From the IMG/VR virus record IMGVR_UViG_3300000115_000005: a DNA stretch of 64,000 bases, one strand, 5' to 3'. The translations under genes and the position numbers were made by a program. The stretch is from a virus. Numbering within the stretch: position 1 is the first letter of the stretch; every line of letters begins with the position of its first letter. Positions 44,956 to 54,492 of the stretch are shown here, piece by piece. A model generated the notes under the pieces. It was given only the letters and a program-made list of their open reading frames with translations, did no database searches and had not been told where the DNA came from.

Positions 44956-47330
44956 TTTACCGCAATTTTTTCTATAAATTTTGTTGCTAGTATGCGATTT
45001 ACTGATCTAGTTCTATTCATTTTAGTGAATTGACTAGCAAGGCTTCTTGTATTGATACTCTTTTTATTATTAACCTCAAACTCAAACTCTTCATCATCAG
45101 TAGTAAGCTTATTACTATCATTTAGAATATAAAACTGATCAAAGCCTTTGTTATTTGATTCTATAAACTTTTGCTTTCTAGCTATTTTCTTAACCGCTTC
45201 TTTCTCTTCCCAAGGAGCTCTATAAAAATTTACGTTTTTAGAATCTTTAGGAACATATCTATAATTAATTGCATCTGACATTTTAGTTGAAACAAAGAAA
45301 CCGAAAACTTGTGTATCAGTCTTAGCTTTGAGCCATATTAATAAATCATTTGTAATATTATTATTTCGATCATTTGTTACAACACTTGAAAAACGAACTT
45401 TTTTATCTTGTATAACAAAGTTGTAGTCTGAATTTCTCGTACCAATAGTACGCCAATGTGCCTTTAATGTATGCTTATCACCAACTACTTCTGGATCATA
45501 CCAAGTATTATATGATTGACTCCAATTAGAATCACCATCATGTACAAAAATAGTATTTACAATATCTAAATTGTTCTTTTGTCTAAACTCTGGTATAATT
45601 GTACCAAGAGCTACGATAGCCTCATTCAATGGTGTACTACTTAAACCTAATTCCTCTGGTATTAAACCATAACCAACATTAAGAGTGCTGTAATTGTAAC
45701 TTGACTTACCTAATAACAAATTCTCAAGTGCATTTTTATATGCAGCTGCACCCATATCAGAATTAATAAATTCTCTTAATGCCCAATCATCATCAAGAGC
45801 AAGTGATCCTTCAGTTACATACCATTTATCAGTTAGTTTAACGCTTTCTGAATAATCTTCATAGCTACTTTTTATAGGTCTAGAGGTGAAACCAAAAACT
45901 CTAAATGGTATTTGAACTTTCTTACAAAAAGCAGTAAGAATAGCAATTTGCTCAATTGAACCGGCCATGTTGCGATCCATAGAGCCTGATAAATCAAGAA
46001 CTAGAATCATACCATGATTTTTACCTTTTGGTAATTTTGTCAACTTACGAAAAATTTGATCGTCAAACTTATACTTGTAAATCTTATTAACATCAATATC
46101 ACCAGAGGTATATAATCTAGCCTTGGCATATTTTGTAGCGGCTTTTTTCATTTCAAAATCTTTAGCCATCAATGAAATAAAACGATCATTTTTCTTCTTA
46201 AACTCATTTAAAACATGGCTACGACTAAAAAGTTTTTTAGCCTCAGAAACCTCAATAAGATTTCTTTTAATATTGAAGTGCCAAAAACCATCGCCTCTAG
46301 TTGCTATTTCATCATAGAATTTTGTCATACCTTTATTCACCGTTACAGTATCTTCTAAAATTCTTTCTAAGCGTGGCTTTGGTATGTCAATATAAATATT
46401 GTCTTTAGAAGATTCGCTAAGTAATTGACTTTCATTTTCTCTAAATGATTCATCAGTTTCGCAAGTTGGCTCATGTTTTTCATGACCATCAACAGCGCCA
46501 TGAGGCGAAACTCCTTGATCTTCTGAATCTTTTTCATTCTCTTCTTCTGATTCATCTTCCTCTTCAAGCTTGAAATTACTATCAGATGATACTTTAGAAT
46601 CCTCATCTTCATCAGATTCATCAGATTCTATTTCTTCTTGTTCTGATTGATCTTCATTATCCGAATCATCATTAGGAGAAAAACCGGTTTGATCAGATTT
46701 ACCAGTCGGATCTTCAACATACAAATCTTCTATATCAGTATAATCAAACATAGTAGTTTGATCTTGTTCCTGTTCCTCTACTGCCTGATCCCACAATCTA
46801 TCTGTCATAGCAATAACATCTTCCCATGATTCTAGTTTTTTAATTTCATCAATAATTAAGGACTCTTCATTAGAGAATTGAATAGGCATAGAATATGAAC
46901 TCTTTGTGAAAAGATTAATTCTATCAATAAAGCTTAACTCATTTATTTCTTCAATATCTTGAATACCAAATAAGTCCATATCTAAAAGTTCATTAAAACC
47001 TTTGATGTAAGATTTTACAAGACCTGGATATCTTCTTTTAATTCTTTTTTCAATACGAGCATCTTCAATAACATTAAGAAAGTTCTTATAGTTTCTGCCA
47101 TTTTTAGATACAGCACCATGCCAACCATCAGCCGGAGTATTTAAAGCATGACCAACTTCATGACTCATTAATAAATCATAAAGTTCTGGACTCATATCTT
47201 TCCAGATAGGGCAAGTAAGAACTCTTGTTGTAGGATTGAATGAAGCTGTTTGTACTTTTTTATGTTGTATTACAACATTTTCAGTAGCAAGTAACTTCGC
47301 TAATTGTGATTTCTGTTCAACTAATGACAT
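44949..47330 (-). CDS. CobT-like metallopeptidase plus acidic linker plus VWA protein
   Basis: HEVGH, NVIEDARIE, acidic linker, DLSGSM MIDAS, STPL, HDGD. Confidence 0.88.
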   Translation of the reverse strand: MSLVEQKSQLAKLLATENVVIQHKKVQTASFNPTTRVLTCPIWKDMSPELYDLLMSHEVGHALNTPADGWHGAVSKNGRNYKNFLNVIEDARIEKRIKRRYPGLVKSYIKGFNELLDMDLFGIQDIEEINELSFIDRINLFTKSSYSMPIQFSNEESLIIDEIKKLESWEDVIAMTDRLWDQAVEEQEQDQTTMFDYTDIEDLYVEDPTGKSDQTGFSPNDDSDNEDQSEQEEIESDESDEDEDSKVSSDSNFKLEEEDESEEENEKDSEDQGVSPHGAVDGHEKHEPTCETDESFRENESQLLSESSKDNIYIDIPKPRLERILEDTVTVNKGMTKFYDEIATRGDGFWHFNIKRNLIEVSEAKKLFSRSHVLNEFKKKNDRFISLMAKDFEMKKAATKYAKARLYTSGDIDVNKIYKYKFDDQIFRKLTKLPKGKNHGMILVLDLSGSMDRNMAGSIEQIAILTAFCKKVQIPFRVFGFTSRPIKSSYEDYSESVKLTDKWYVTEGSLALDDDWALREFINSDMGAAAYKNALENLLLGKSSYNYSTLNVGYGLIPEELGLSSTPLNEAIVALGTIIPEFRQKNNLDIVNTIFVHDGDSNWSQSYNTWYDPEVVGDKHTLKAHWRTIGTRNSDYNFVIQDKKVRFSSVVTNDRNNNITNDLLIWLKAKTDTQVFGFFVSTKMSDAINYRYVPKDSKNVNFYRAPWEEKEAVKKIARKQKFIESNNKGFDQFYILNDSNKLTTDDEEFEFEVNNKKSINTRSLASQFTKMNRTRSVNRILATKFIEKIAVKL

Positions 47331-47362
47331 AAAACTCCCTAATAATTAACTCTATGTCTACC

Positions 47363-47420
47363 ATCCTAGAGGAAGGCTGCTCAACTGTCAAGCATTAATT
47401 TTGTTGTTAAAATACAACAA
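47363..47420 (-). promoter_or_regulatory. early sigma70-type promoter with upstream palindrome
   Basis: TTGTTG-N8-CAACAA, then TTGACA-17 nt-TAGGAT. Confidence 0.8.
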
Positions 47421-47423
47421 AGG

Positions 47424-47488
47424 TGGAGCGGTGTTGTGGAGTTGCACCACACTAATTACTGGGAGTAACTTGTCCTACGACCCACCGC
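47424..47488 (-). tRNA. non-canonical minimal tRNA-Gly(CCC)-like RNA, 65 nt
   Basis: GCGGTG/CACCGC acceptor stem + U73 + CCA; AGTTA-CTCCCAG-TAATT anticodon arm; TGTGG-TGCAACT-CCACA T arm; D arm reduced to GTC-GTAG-GAC. Confidence 0.75.
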
Positions 47489-47513
47489 AAATTATGTATA
47501 TACTATAACATAA

Positions 47514-48797
47514 CTATCTGCCAATTTGGGGCAAATATGAATCTTTTGTTTCATTCCATGATTTATATATTAAATCGTCATAAAATAAACTTTCTTTCGA
47601 TTCTCTACCTTTTTTGACCAATTGTTTAATTCTAGGTTTTGCATACTTGTATTTCCAAAGCTCTGATAGTGACTCTGTGGAATTATCAAATGCCTTTGTC
47701 AAATCATTTATTTCAGCTTCACCTCTCAAGTATGCACAGCTTTTATCATATAAGGGGCAAAAGTAAACACCTCTTGCGTGATCAGATTTCATTATTTCTT
47801 TTGGTATATTACCTAATTTACTATATGTGAAAGCATACGATCTATGCCTATGATCTCTTTTTAATTGTTGACCATTTGGTCTTTTGGCAACATACCATTC
47901 AAAATATTTTCGTGGGTGGTTTTTCATCAACCAATGTCTAATTTGATATATTGTTTTCTTTGTTGGTTCATATGAAACAGAACCACTTGTAAAGCCCATT
48001 GGCTTCCAATATTTTAAATTATCATATTGTGATAGACCACCTTTTTTTGTTTTACCATAAAGTGATGTTGTTGTTACACTTACTAAATCATCACCATAAT
48101 TTTTCTTCCATTGTGATTGTACCTGTTCTGATAAACAAAGTAAAGCTAATAGTTTACCACCAACATAATTAAAACCAAGAGGTTGTAATGGTACAATCGT
48201 AGAACCTATTGCTGTATGATTTAACATACCACTTTCTGTTTTGTAATTACGATCCCAACCAATAAATTTATCTCTTGGTGTTAAGTCAATAAAATCACCT
48301 GTAATGCAAATAACACCAAGATATTTTTTAGTTTTTTTATCACGAATAATATAAGCTAAATTACGGCCTATATTGGAGTTGTTTCTCATTGTAGATGTAA
48401 AAGTTCTAATAGCATTCCATATTTCTGGCATACCATCTTTACCACCTGTATAAATCATTTCAGGTTCTAACTCTAGGTAATCTTCATTTGTTTTTGGTTG
48501 CCAAATATTATTTTTAACCTCTGCTAAAGCTTTTCTTTGTTTCTCATCTTTTAATACTTGTCGTTCACCCTCCCACAAATCGTTTACTGTGATTGTTGGG
48601 TATCTTTGTTTTACTTCACAAAACTTTTGATATAGTGTATATTCTCTTACGTCCATTTGAGAAACATAAGATAAATCTGTTACAATGTTTTCTTTCAAAT
48701 CTGAATCTGATATATCATCAAATACTATTTCAGACTCACTCCACTTTTTCCATTGTGTTTCTACATCATCTTTTACATCATATTTGTATGTACTCAT
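47514..48797 (-). CDS. DruA/DUF4338-like protein (paralogue 2)
   Basis: NIGRNL, LTPRDKFIGW, IVPLQPLGFNYVGGKLLA, TTTSLYG..SQYD, GFTSG, HARGVY. Confidence 0.8.
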   Translation of the reverse strand: MSTYKYDVKDDVETQWKKWSESEIVFDDISDSDLKENIVTDLSYVSQMDVREYTLYQKFCEVKQRYPTITVNDLWEGERQVLKDEKQRKALAEVKNNIWQPKTNEDYLELEPEMIYTGGKDGMPEIWNAIRTFTSTMRNNSNIGRNLAYIIRDKKTKKYLGVICITGDFIDLTPRDKFIGWDRNYKTESGMLNHTAIGSTIVPLQPLGFNYVGGKLLALLCLSEQVQSQWKKNYGDDLVSVTTTSLYGKTKKGGLSQYDNLKYWKPMGFTSGSVSYEPTKKTIYQIRHWLMKNHPRKYFEWYVAKRPNGQQLKRDHRHRSYAFTYSKLGNIPKEIMKSDHARGVYFCPLYDKSCAYLRGEAEINDLTKAFDNSTESLSELWKYKYAKPRIKQLVKKGRESKESLFYDDLIYKSWNETKDSYLPQIGR

Positions 48798-49069
48798 TTA
48801 AGTGTAGAATCGCCATTAAAAATTGAATATTTTGTTTTTTGATTTGCATGGCCTTTTTCAGACTCATATGATACAAACTTTGAAATCATTTCTAGTTTAT
48901 CATGATATTCAGCCATTTTACCGAGTTCACTTTCTACACCTTCTGTCCAAGCCGTATGATCATGTATCGCCATTGGGTTATCAATCATAATCTCAACATT
49001 CATTCTGTGTTTATCCATTTGAGAGATAAGATGATTTTTAAGTGTAGTAATTATTTGTTCTGTTCTCAT
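48794..49069 (-). CDS. hypothetical protein
   Basis: coupled ORF; KHRMNVEI..IHDH..ELGKMAEYHDKLE. Confidence 0.75.
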   Translation of the reverse strand: MRTEQIITTLKNHLISQMDKHRMNVEIMIDNPMAIHDHTAWTEGVESELGKMAEYHDKLEMISKFVSYESEKGHANQKTKYSIFNGDSTLK

Positions 49070-49689
49070 TTTTTACTCCTTCGCTCCACTTTTTTTAATA
49101 ATTTATTTCTTTTTTCTTTAGCTCTTTTAAGTGCAAAAGGACTTGCATGATCAATCATTCTAATACCATTCATATGATCTAGTTCATGAAAGTAACATTT
49201 GGCTGATAAACCATCAAACCTTTGTGTCATTTCTTTACCTTCAGCATTAGTGAATTTACCTACAACCCACTTAGGCCTTCTCACACTTATTATTAAACCT
49301 GGATAAGATAAACATCCTTCTTTAGAAATTTCTTCTTGTTCTGATTGATCTTCTATTTCAGGATTAATACAGGCAATACATATCTCTTCATTACCTATAA
49401 TAAAAAATCTTTCATTTATACCAACTTGATTTGCTGATAAACCAATACCGCCACTATGTTTCATTGTCAACCACATTCTGTGTAATAAAGTATTCCAATA
49501 TTCATCAGGTAAACTATCAACAAATTTTGGCATAGAAGTTTTAAGTATAACATCATTTTCACTTACAAAAGGCAAAAGTTTATCTTTAGCAAAATCAGTA
49601 TTTTTTTTAATTGATCCTCTAACTGTATCAACAGTAGTATTTTTAACTCCTATACCTGTATCAATTTTTAATATATTTTCGTCACTCAT
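49066..49689 (-). CDS. def: peptide deformylase
   Basis: GIGLSANQVG, EGCLS, HELDHMNG; likely start MSDENI. Confidence 0.95.
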   Translation of the reverse strand: MSDENILKIDTGIGVKNTTVDTVRGSIKKNTDFAKDKLLPFVSENDVILKTSMPKFVDSLPDEYWNTLLHRMWLTMKHSGGIGLSANQVGINERFFIIGNEEICIACINPEIEDQSEQEEISKEGCLSYPGLIISVRRPKWVVGKFTNAEGKEMTQRFDGLSAKCYFHELDHMNGIRMIDHASPFALKRAKEKRNKLLKKVERRSKK

Positions 49690-49883
49690 TTTAAAACCCA
49701 ATCCTCTGCGTTAGCTTCAACATCAAATTCATTATGTGCTATTATACTATTAACTAATATTTTATCTTTATAACATTTTGCAATATAACTATTTCCACCA
49801 CCATGTACTTTGTAATAAACTTTAGCTACTTTTGTACCATCATCTGAATAAAACTCTGACAAAAATTCTTCTTTTTCTAACAT
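49686..49883 (-). CDS. hypothetical protein
   Basis: coupled ORF ending AEDWVLK downstream of gp46. Confidence 0.7.
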   Translation of the reverse strand: MLEKEEFLSEFYSDDGTKVAKVYYKVHGGGNSYIAKCYKDKILVNSIIAHNEFDVEANAEDWVLK

Positions 49884-51595
49884 TAATTAATTATCCTTGA
49901 AAAATTACGATCTTTTTTAAATTTAATCACATTCATAAATTTGTCTTGTAATACATCTCCTTTATGACTAATTACGAATAAATTAACATCTTCTAGTAAT
50001 TGTAAAATTTTCATCAAATCTTCAGTACCATTTGCATCTAATGAAGAATCAAAAGTTTCATCAAGAATAAGCAAGTTTGTATTCGCTGAATTTTTTATCT
50101 TAGCTACAGCACGCCAAGTTAAAAGTAAAGCCATATCAATTCTTTGTTTCTCACCTTCACTAAATGAAGCATATGAAAAATCATCTCTATGTCTTGACTT
50201 AATCGTTTCTTTAAAACCTTCATCTAAATTAAAATTAACAAAAAAATCTAAACTCGACAAATACTTATTAGTAAGTTGATTAATAATAGGCAAGTATTGT
50301 TTAATTATTTTTGTTTTAATGCCTGTATCTTTCAATAGTATTGAAGCCACCTCATAATAAATTTTGTCATCTAAAAGCTCTTTTAATTCACTTTTTGTAT
50401 CAACTAATTTTTTTTCTAATACTTTTAATTCTTCTTCTTCTTTTTGTGAAGTTGATTTTGAAGTTTTTAAACCATCTATTTCTTGTTCTATCTCAACTAT
50501 CTTTTCTCTTTTTACAGTAATTACGTTATTATTTGTGGCAATATTTACTTGTAATTCATGTATGTCCTCTTGAGCCTCTTGTATTCTATTTAATTTTTTC
50601 TGTTCTTCAAAAAACTTAGTTTCTAATTCTTTTAGTCCATCTTCATATTTTACTAGGTTATCTGACAAATTGTCAAGCTTATTTGTTTTAAATGCCTCAT
50701 TAATTGCCTGTTTACAGGTGGGGCAATCATCATGATTTTTAAAGAACGTAATATCTTCATTATGATTCTTTATGTTTGATTCTATTTGAGATTCTAATTT
50801 TGTAATCTTTTTAATTCTTGATTCTGACTGTGTTTTTAATTTAACTTCTTCTTGTAATATACCTACAGCTATAGTATTTGCCTCGTTATATTGAGTGTAA
50901 TTTATTACATCAGTTTCACAATTTTGTTTTTCGTTTTTATATTTTTCAATTTTTAAACGATTATCTTCTTTTAGTGTGTTTATATACGCAAGCTTCATTT
51001 CATGTTTTTGATCATTCAATTCGATTGAATGTTTTTTTTCTGTAACATTTTCCTTATTCTCTTGCATTTTACTTTTTAATAATCCATTCATTACAGAAAA
51101 TACTCTAATGTCTAACAAATCTTCTATGATTGATCTTCTATCATTTGGTGATAATTGCATGAATGGTGTAAAAGAAGCTGAACCTAACATGACAATTTGT
51201 GTAAAAGATTTAAAGTTTAATTTAAGTATGAATTTTTCTAAAAAATCTTGGTAATCTCTAGCAGAGGCATCTTGATTAAGTAATTCATTATTTTCATATA
51301 TTTCAAAAACATTTGGCTTGGCACCACGAATAACTCTATACGATTTATTGTTTGTGTCGAATTGAATCTCAACAACACAATCTCTAGTGTTAATTGAATT
51401 TACAATTTGTGTTTTTGAGATTTTACGAAAAGGTTTATTGAATAGGCCAAAGCACAGAGCATCAAGTAAAGTTGATTTACCAGAACCATTTTCACCTACA
51501 ATTAAAGAACTATCTTTATTGTCAAGCTTAACTTCTGTAAAATAGTTACCTGTTGATAATAAATTTTTCCATTTTATTCTGCGAAATATGATCAT
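49883..51595 (-). CDS. 46: recombination nuclease ATPase subunit gp46 (Rad50/SbcC-like)
   Basis: GENGSGKS, CPTC Zn hook, FSEGEKQR, LDETFD, ISH. Confidence 0.97.
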   Translation of the reverse strand: MIIFRRIKWKNLLSTGNYFTEVKLDNKDSSLIVGENGSGKSTLLDALCFGLFNKPFRKISKTQIVNSINTRDCVVEIQFDTNNKSYRVIRGAKPNVFEIYENNELLNQDASARDYQDFLEKFILKLNFKSFTQIVMLGSASFTPFMQLSPNDRRSIIEDLLDIRVFSVMNGLLKSKMQENKENVTEKKHSIELNDQKHEMKLAYINTLKEDNRLKIEKYKNEKQNCETDVINYTQYNEANTIAVGILQEEVKLKTQSESRIKKITKLESQIESNIKNHNEDITFFKNHDDCPTCKQAINEAFKTNKLDNLSDNLVKYEDGLKELETKFFEEQKKLNRIQEAQEDIHELQVNIATNNNVITVKREKIVEIEQEIDGLKTSKSTSQKEEEELKVLEKKLVDTKSELKELLDDKIYYEVASILLKDTGIKTKIIKQYLPIINQLTNKYLSSLDFFVNFNLDEGFKETIKSRHRDDFSYASFSEGEKQRIDMALLLTWRAVAKIKNSANTNLLILDETFDSSLDANGTEDLMKILQLLEDVNLFVISHKGDVLQDKFMNVIKFKKDRNFSRIIN

Positions 51596-52272
51596 CTAAA
51601 TTTTGGCCCCAGAACCCAAATTACAATTGATTTTCTTGTGCCTTTTGTAACAGGTTTTACTCTATGCACCATGAATGATGGAAACACAATTATGTCACCT
51701 TTTTTCATTTGTATTGACTCAGCATTTTTTTCTTCACCTGAATTAATTTGAAATTCACCGCCTTCAAAATCTACACCAGGTTCATTTAATAAAAATGTAA
51801 CTGACAACTTTCTAGTTTCATACATATCATCAGGTAATGAGTTACCCATAATTGTATCTTGATGAAAATCATATTTACCTTTTTCGTAATCATGATAAAC
51901 AGTATATTGAAAAGTATCATAACCATTCAAGTCAAAATTATAAAATTGCACATTTAAACAATCTATTACATAATTTAATCTATCATAAATCCAAGCCGTT
52001 TTCTCATCTCTGTTAATAAATGCAACATCAGATTTTCTCACAGCTTCATTCGGTTTTTGAGTGCTTATTATATTTGCTTTTGTATTTGAATTTGATTTTC
52101 CTTCAAGTTTTGTCTGAATTGTACTGCCCCTATCAAGTTCATATTCATCCATTTGTTTATGAAGTTGATCCATTTCTTTTTCATCAAAAGCCTTAGACCA
52201 ATAACAATATGTAAAAAATTTTCTTTGTCTTTCCTGTGGGTTATTGTATATGCCTCTATAGCTGTGACTCAT
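51592..52272 (-). CDS. 2OG-Fe(II) oxygenase (PKHD-type)
   Basis: QYTVY..YDFHQD, RKLSVT, FEGGEF, FPSFMVHRV, RKSIVIW. Confidence 0.9.
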   Translation of the reverse strand: MSHSYRGIYNNPQERQRKFFTYCYWSKAFDEKEMDQLHKQMDEYELDRGSTIQTKLEGKSNSNTKANIISTQKPNEAVRKSDVAFINRDEKTAWIYDRLNYVIDCLNVQFYNFDLNGYDTFQYTVYHDYEKGKYDFHQDTIMGNSLPDDMYETRKLSVTFLLNEPGVDFEGGEFQINSGEEKNAESIQMKKGDIIVFPSFMVHRVKPVTKGTRKSIVIWVLGPKFR

Positions 52273-53345
52273 TCTGTACGCTCCTCATTCATAGCATCAA
52301 CATAAAGTTCTTTCATTAAATCCTTCAATTTATTTGAATCTTTTACAAGATCATCAGAACGATCATCAATGTACTTTGACAATATTGTTATTGTATCTTC
52401 TGCTTGATTAATAATATCCTTATCAACTCCAAAATTCATATCACTAAAATCTTCAACAATGGACATATCAGCAACTTCAGCCTTATAAAAGTTATCTACA
52501 ACCGTATCAAAAAGATATGGGTTTTGTTTATTTAAAACTACAATCTTGACATAAGAATCTTTTGTTTTTTTATAATCAAAGTTATTCCAATGTTCAAAGT
52601 TTGTTTGCGAATCATCATACCTTATTCTATGAAACATTTGATATGGATTTGATATAAACTCCATTTCTCTTGTTTCAGTATCTAATATATGAAAACCTTT
52701 AGTATCACCATAATCAGACCACATCATTTCATAAGGCGTACCAACATAGTAAATATGTCCATCATCTGATTTATGGTGAAAATGGCCTGTTAAAACCATA
52801 TCATACTTGTTAAATTTGTTTCTATCTAAACCACCTAAACATTTATTACCTCTATACATTTCAAAACCATCAATATCAAAATGGCCAAAACATATATCTG
52901 AAGTGCTAGTTTTCATAGATTCAAATATTTCATTTTCATTTTCTTTACATAACCAAGGCACAATATCAACTTTCATACCATCAAATTCTATCTGAGTATA
53001 ATTACTATACACAGTTACATTATTATATTCTTTTAGAAGAAGCTCTGATGAATTTACCTTTAAGGTATTCTTATATGATATGTCATGATTACCTAAAAGA
53101 GTATACATTTTTATATTGTTATCTTTTAGCTTATCAAAAAAATATTTACGGCACAAGTATAGTGAATTAAAATTGATATATTTTCTGCGATCAAAAAGAT
53201 CGCCTAGCTGAAATACTGTATCAATATTATTTTCTATTAAATATGGAAAGAAAGTATTTTCATAAAACTTTTCAAAGAAATTATGAAAATCTACTGAATC
53301 ACCTCTTGCTCCAAAATGTGTATCGCCTAATATACAAAGTTTCAA
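52269..53345 (-). CDS. 47: recombination nuclease subunit gp47 (Mre11/SbcD-like)
   Basis: GDTHFG, GDLFDRR, GNHD, GHFH. Confidence 0.96.
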   Translation of the reverse strand: MKLCILGDTHFGARGDSVDFHNFFEKFYENTFFPYLIENNIDTVFQLGDLFDRRKYINFNSLYLCRKYFFDKLKDNNIKMYTLLGNHDISYKNTLKVNSSELLLKEYNNVTVYSNYTQIEFDGMKVDIVPWLCKENENEIFESMKTSTSDICFGHFDIDGFEMYRGNKCLGGLDRNKFNKYDMVLTGHFHHKSDDGHIYYVGTPYEMMWSDYGDTKGFHILDTETREMEFISNPYQMFHRIRYDDSQTNFEHWNNFDYKKTKDSYVKIVVLNKQNPYLFDTVVDNFYKAEVADMSIVEDFSDMNFGVDKDIINQAEDTITILSKYIDDRSDDLVKDSNKLKDLMKELYVDAMNEERTE

Positions 53346-53363
53346 TATGTATGCTCCTAACTA

Positions 53364-53885
53364 TCACAGAAATTTCTCAAGACCTTTTATTTTAGCCTCT
53401 TTCTTTTTCTTCTTACTTTCTTCAAAGTTTTGAATGAACTCTGCTATGTTATCATAAAGTTCAAAAGGTTTCAAGCTTCCATCAGGCAATTGTTCTTGAT
53501 CTTCCATTATACCCATCTGTTCTGTGGCCTTATATTTTACATATAGCTGTTTTTTTTCTTTGGTAATTCTTCGTAAAAAGGCATAGTAAATTATTTGTGT
53601 AAAATAGGCAAAAGGATTTTTACTTTTTTCTGGATTGAAATTACGAAAATACATTAGGCAATTTTCTATACCATCTGAAATCATTTCATCTCGAAAAGAA
53701 TATGATATGAAGTTAGGTTTTCTTGATAGGTGCTCAGCTATTTTGAAAAAACATTCACCAATGTAATTTGGTATTTGTGGTTCTGTTGTTTCATATTCTC
53801 TTGCTTTTGTACAAGCGTCTTTATATTCTATTAATGCTTTTAAAAAGTCTGCATTGTTTACATAATGATTCGATTTTTTAGTCAT
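53364..53885 (-). CDS. 55: late transcription sigma factor gp55
   Basis: HYVNNADF, YIGECF, EMISDGIENC, NPFAYFTQI..AFLRRI. Confidence 0.97.
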   Translation of the reverse strand: MTKKSNHYVNNADFLKALIEYKDACTKAREYETTEPQIPNYIGECFFKIAEHLSRKPNFISYSFRDEMISDGIENCLMYFRNFNPEKSKNPFAYFTQIIYYAFLRRITKEKKQLYVKYKATEQMGIMEDQEQLPDGSLKPFELYDNIAEFIQNFEESKKKKKEAKIKGLEKFL

Positions 53886-54484
53886 AATTCACTTTCAAAT
53901 AATTTAGCATATGGTTGTTTATCATAAGCATACTCAGGGTAATGAGGACCGTTTTTATCTATGTAATGTAAAAAAGCTTGGCCAAGACGATATTTTTTAC
54001 CACCTTTACATACTTCACGCCAATGTTCATAATCACAACCTCGATATATTACTGCATCACCATCTTTTAAAATACATTCGGTACCTTCCATAAAAATAGG
54101 CCAATTATATCCATCTCTACTTGTATCAGATAATTTTACTGTTACTGATATTTCGCAAGAAGGCCTATCTGTATGTTTTTTTAATTCATTACCTTCACGG
54201 TATAGTCTAACATAAGTGTAAGTAGAACACAAGTCTAGGCCGGTAATAATTTCCATTGTAGGTCGCATTTGTTTCATTAATGCCTGAAAAGCTAAATCAC
54301 CGTGTCTAGGTGCAAAAGAACCTGGCACTTGTTCATCACCCAAATAACTATTATCTCTAGATAGTACACGAGCATGACTTGAAAACTTTAGATATTCAAA
54401 TAAATATTTAGCTACTTCCCGAGGTATAAATTCTTTTACATGAACGTAACCTTTTTCTTCAAAAGTTTCTTGGTAATTGTGCAT
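53882..54484 (-). CDS. 2OG-Fe(II) oxygenase
   Basis: KHTDRPSCEIS, GDAVIYRGC..HWRE, FLHY; likely start MHNYQE. Confidence 0.88.
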   Translation of the reverse strand: MHNYQETFEEKGYVHVKEFIPREVAKYLFEYLKFSSHARVLSRDNSYLGDEQVPGSFAPRHGDLAFQALMKQMRPTMEIITGLDLCSTYTYVRLYREGNELKKHTDRPSCEISVTVKLSDTSRDGYNWPIFMEGTECILKDGDAVIYRGCDYEHWREVCKGGKKYRLGQAFLHYIDKNGPHYPEYAYDKQPYAKLFESEL

Positions 54485-54492
54485 TATTTTGC

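Noticed and set aside
43706-47330. CobS/CobT as cobalamin-biosynthesis auxiliary genes linked to the B12 radical SAM
   Set aside because: This is the MoxR AAA+/VWA-peptidase pair widespread in T4-like phages; no CobN is in the window
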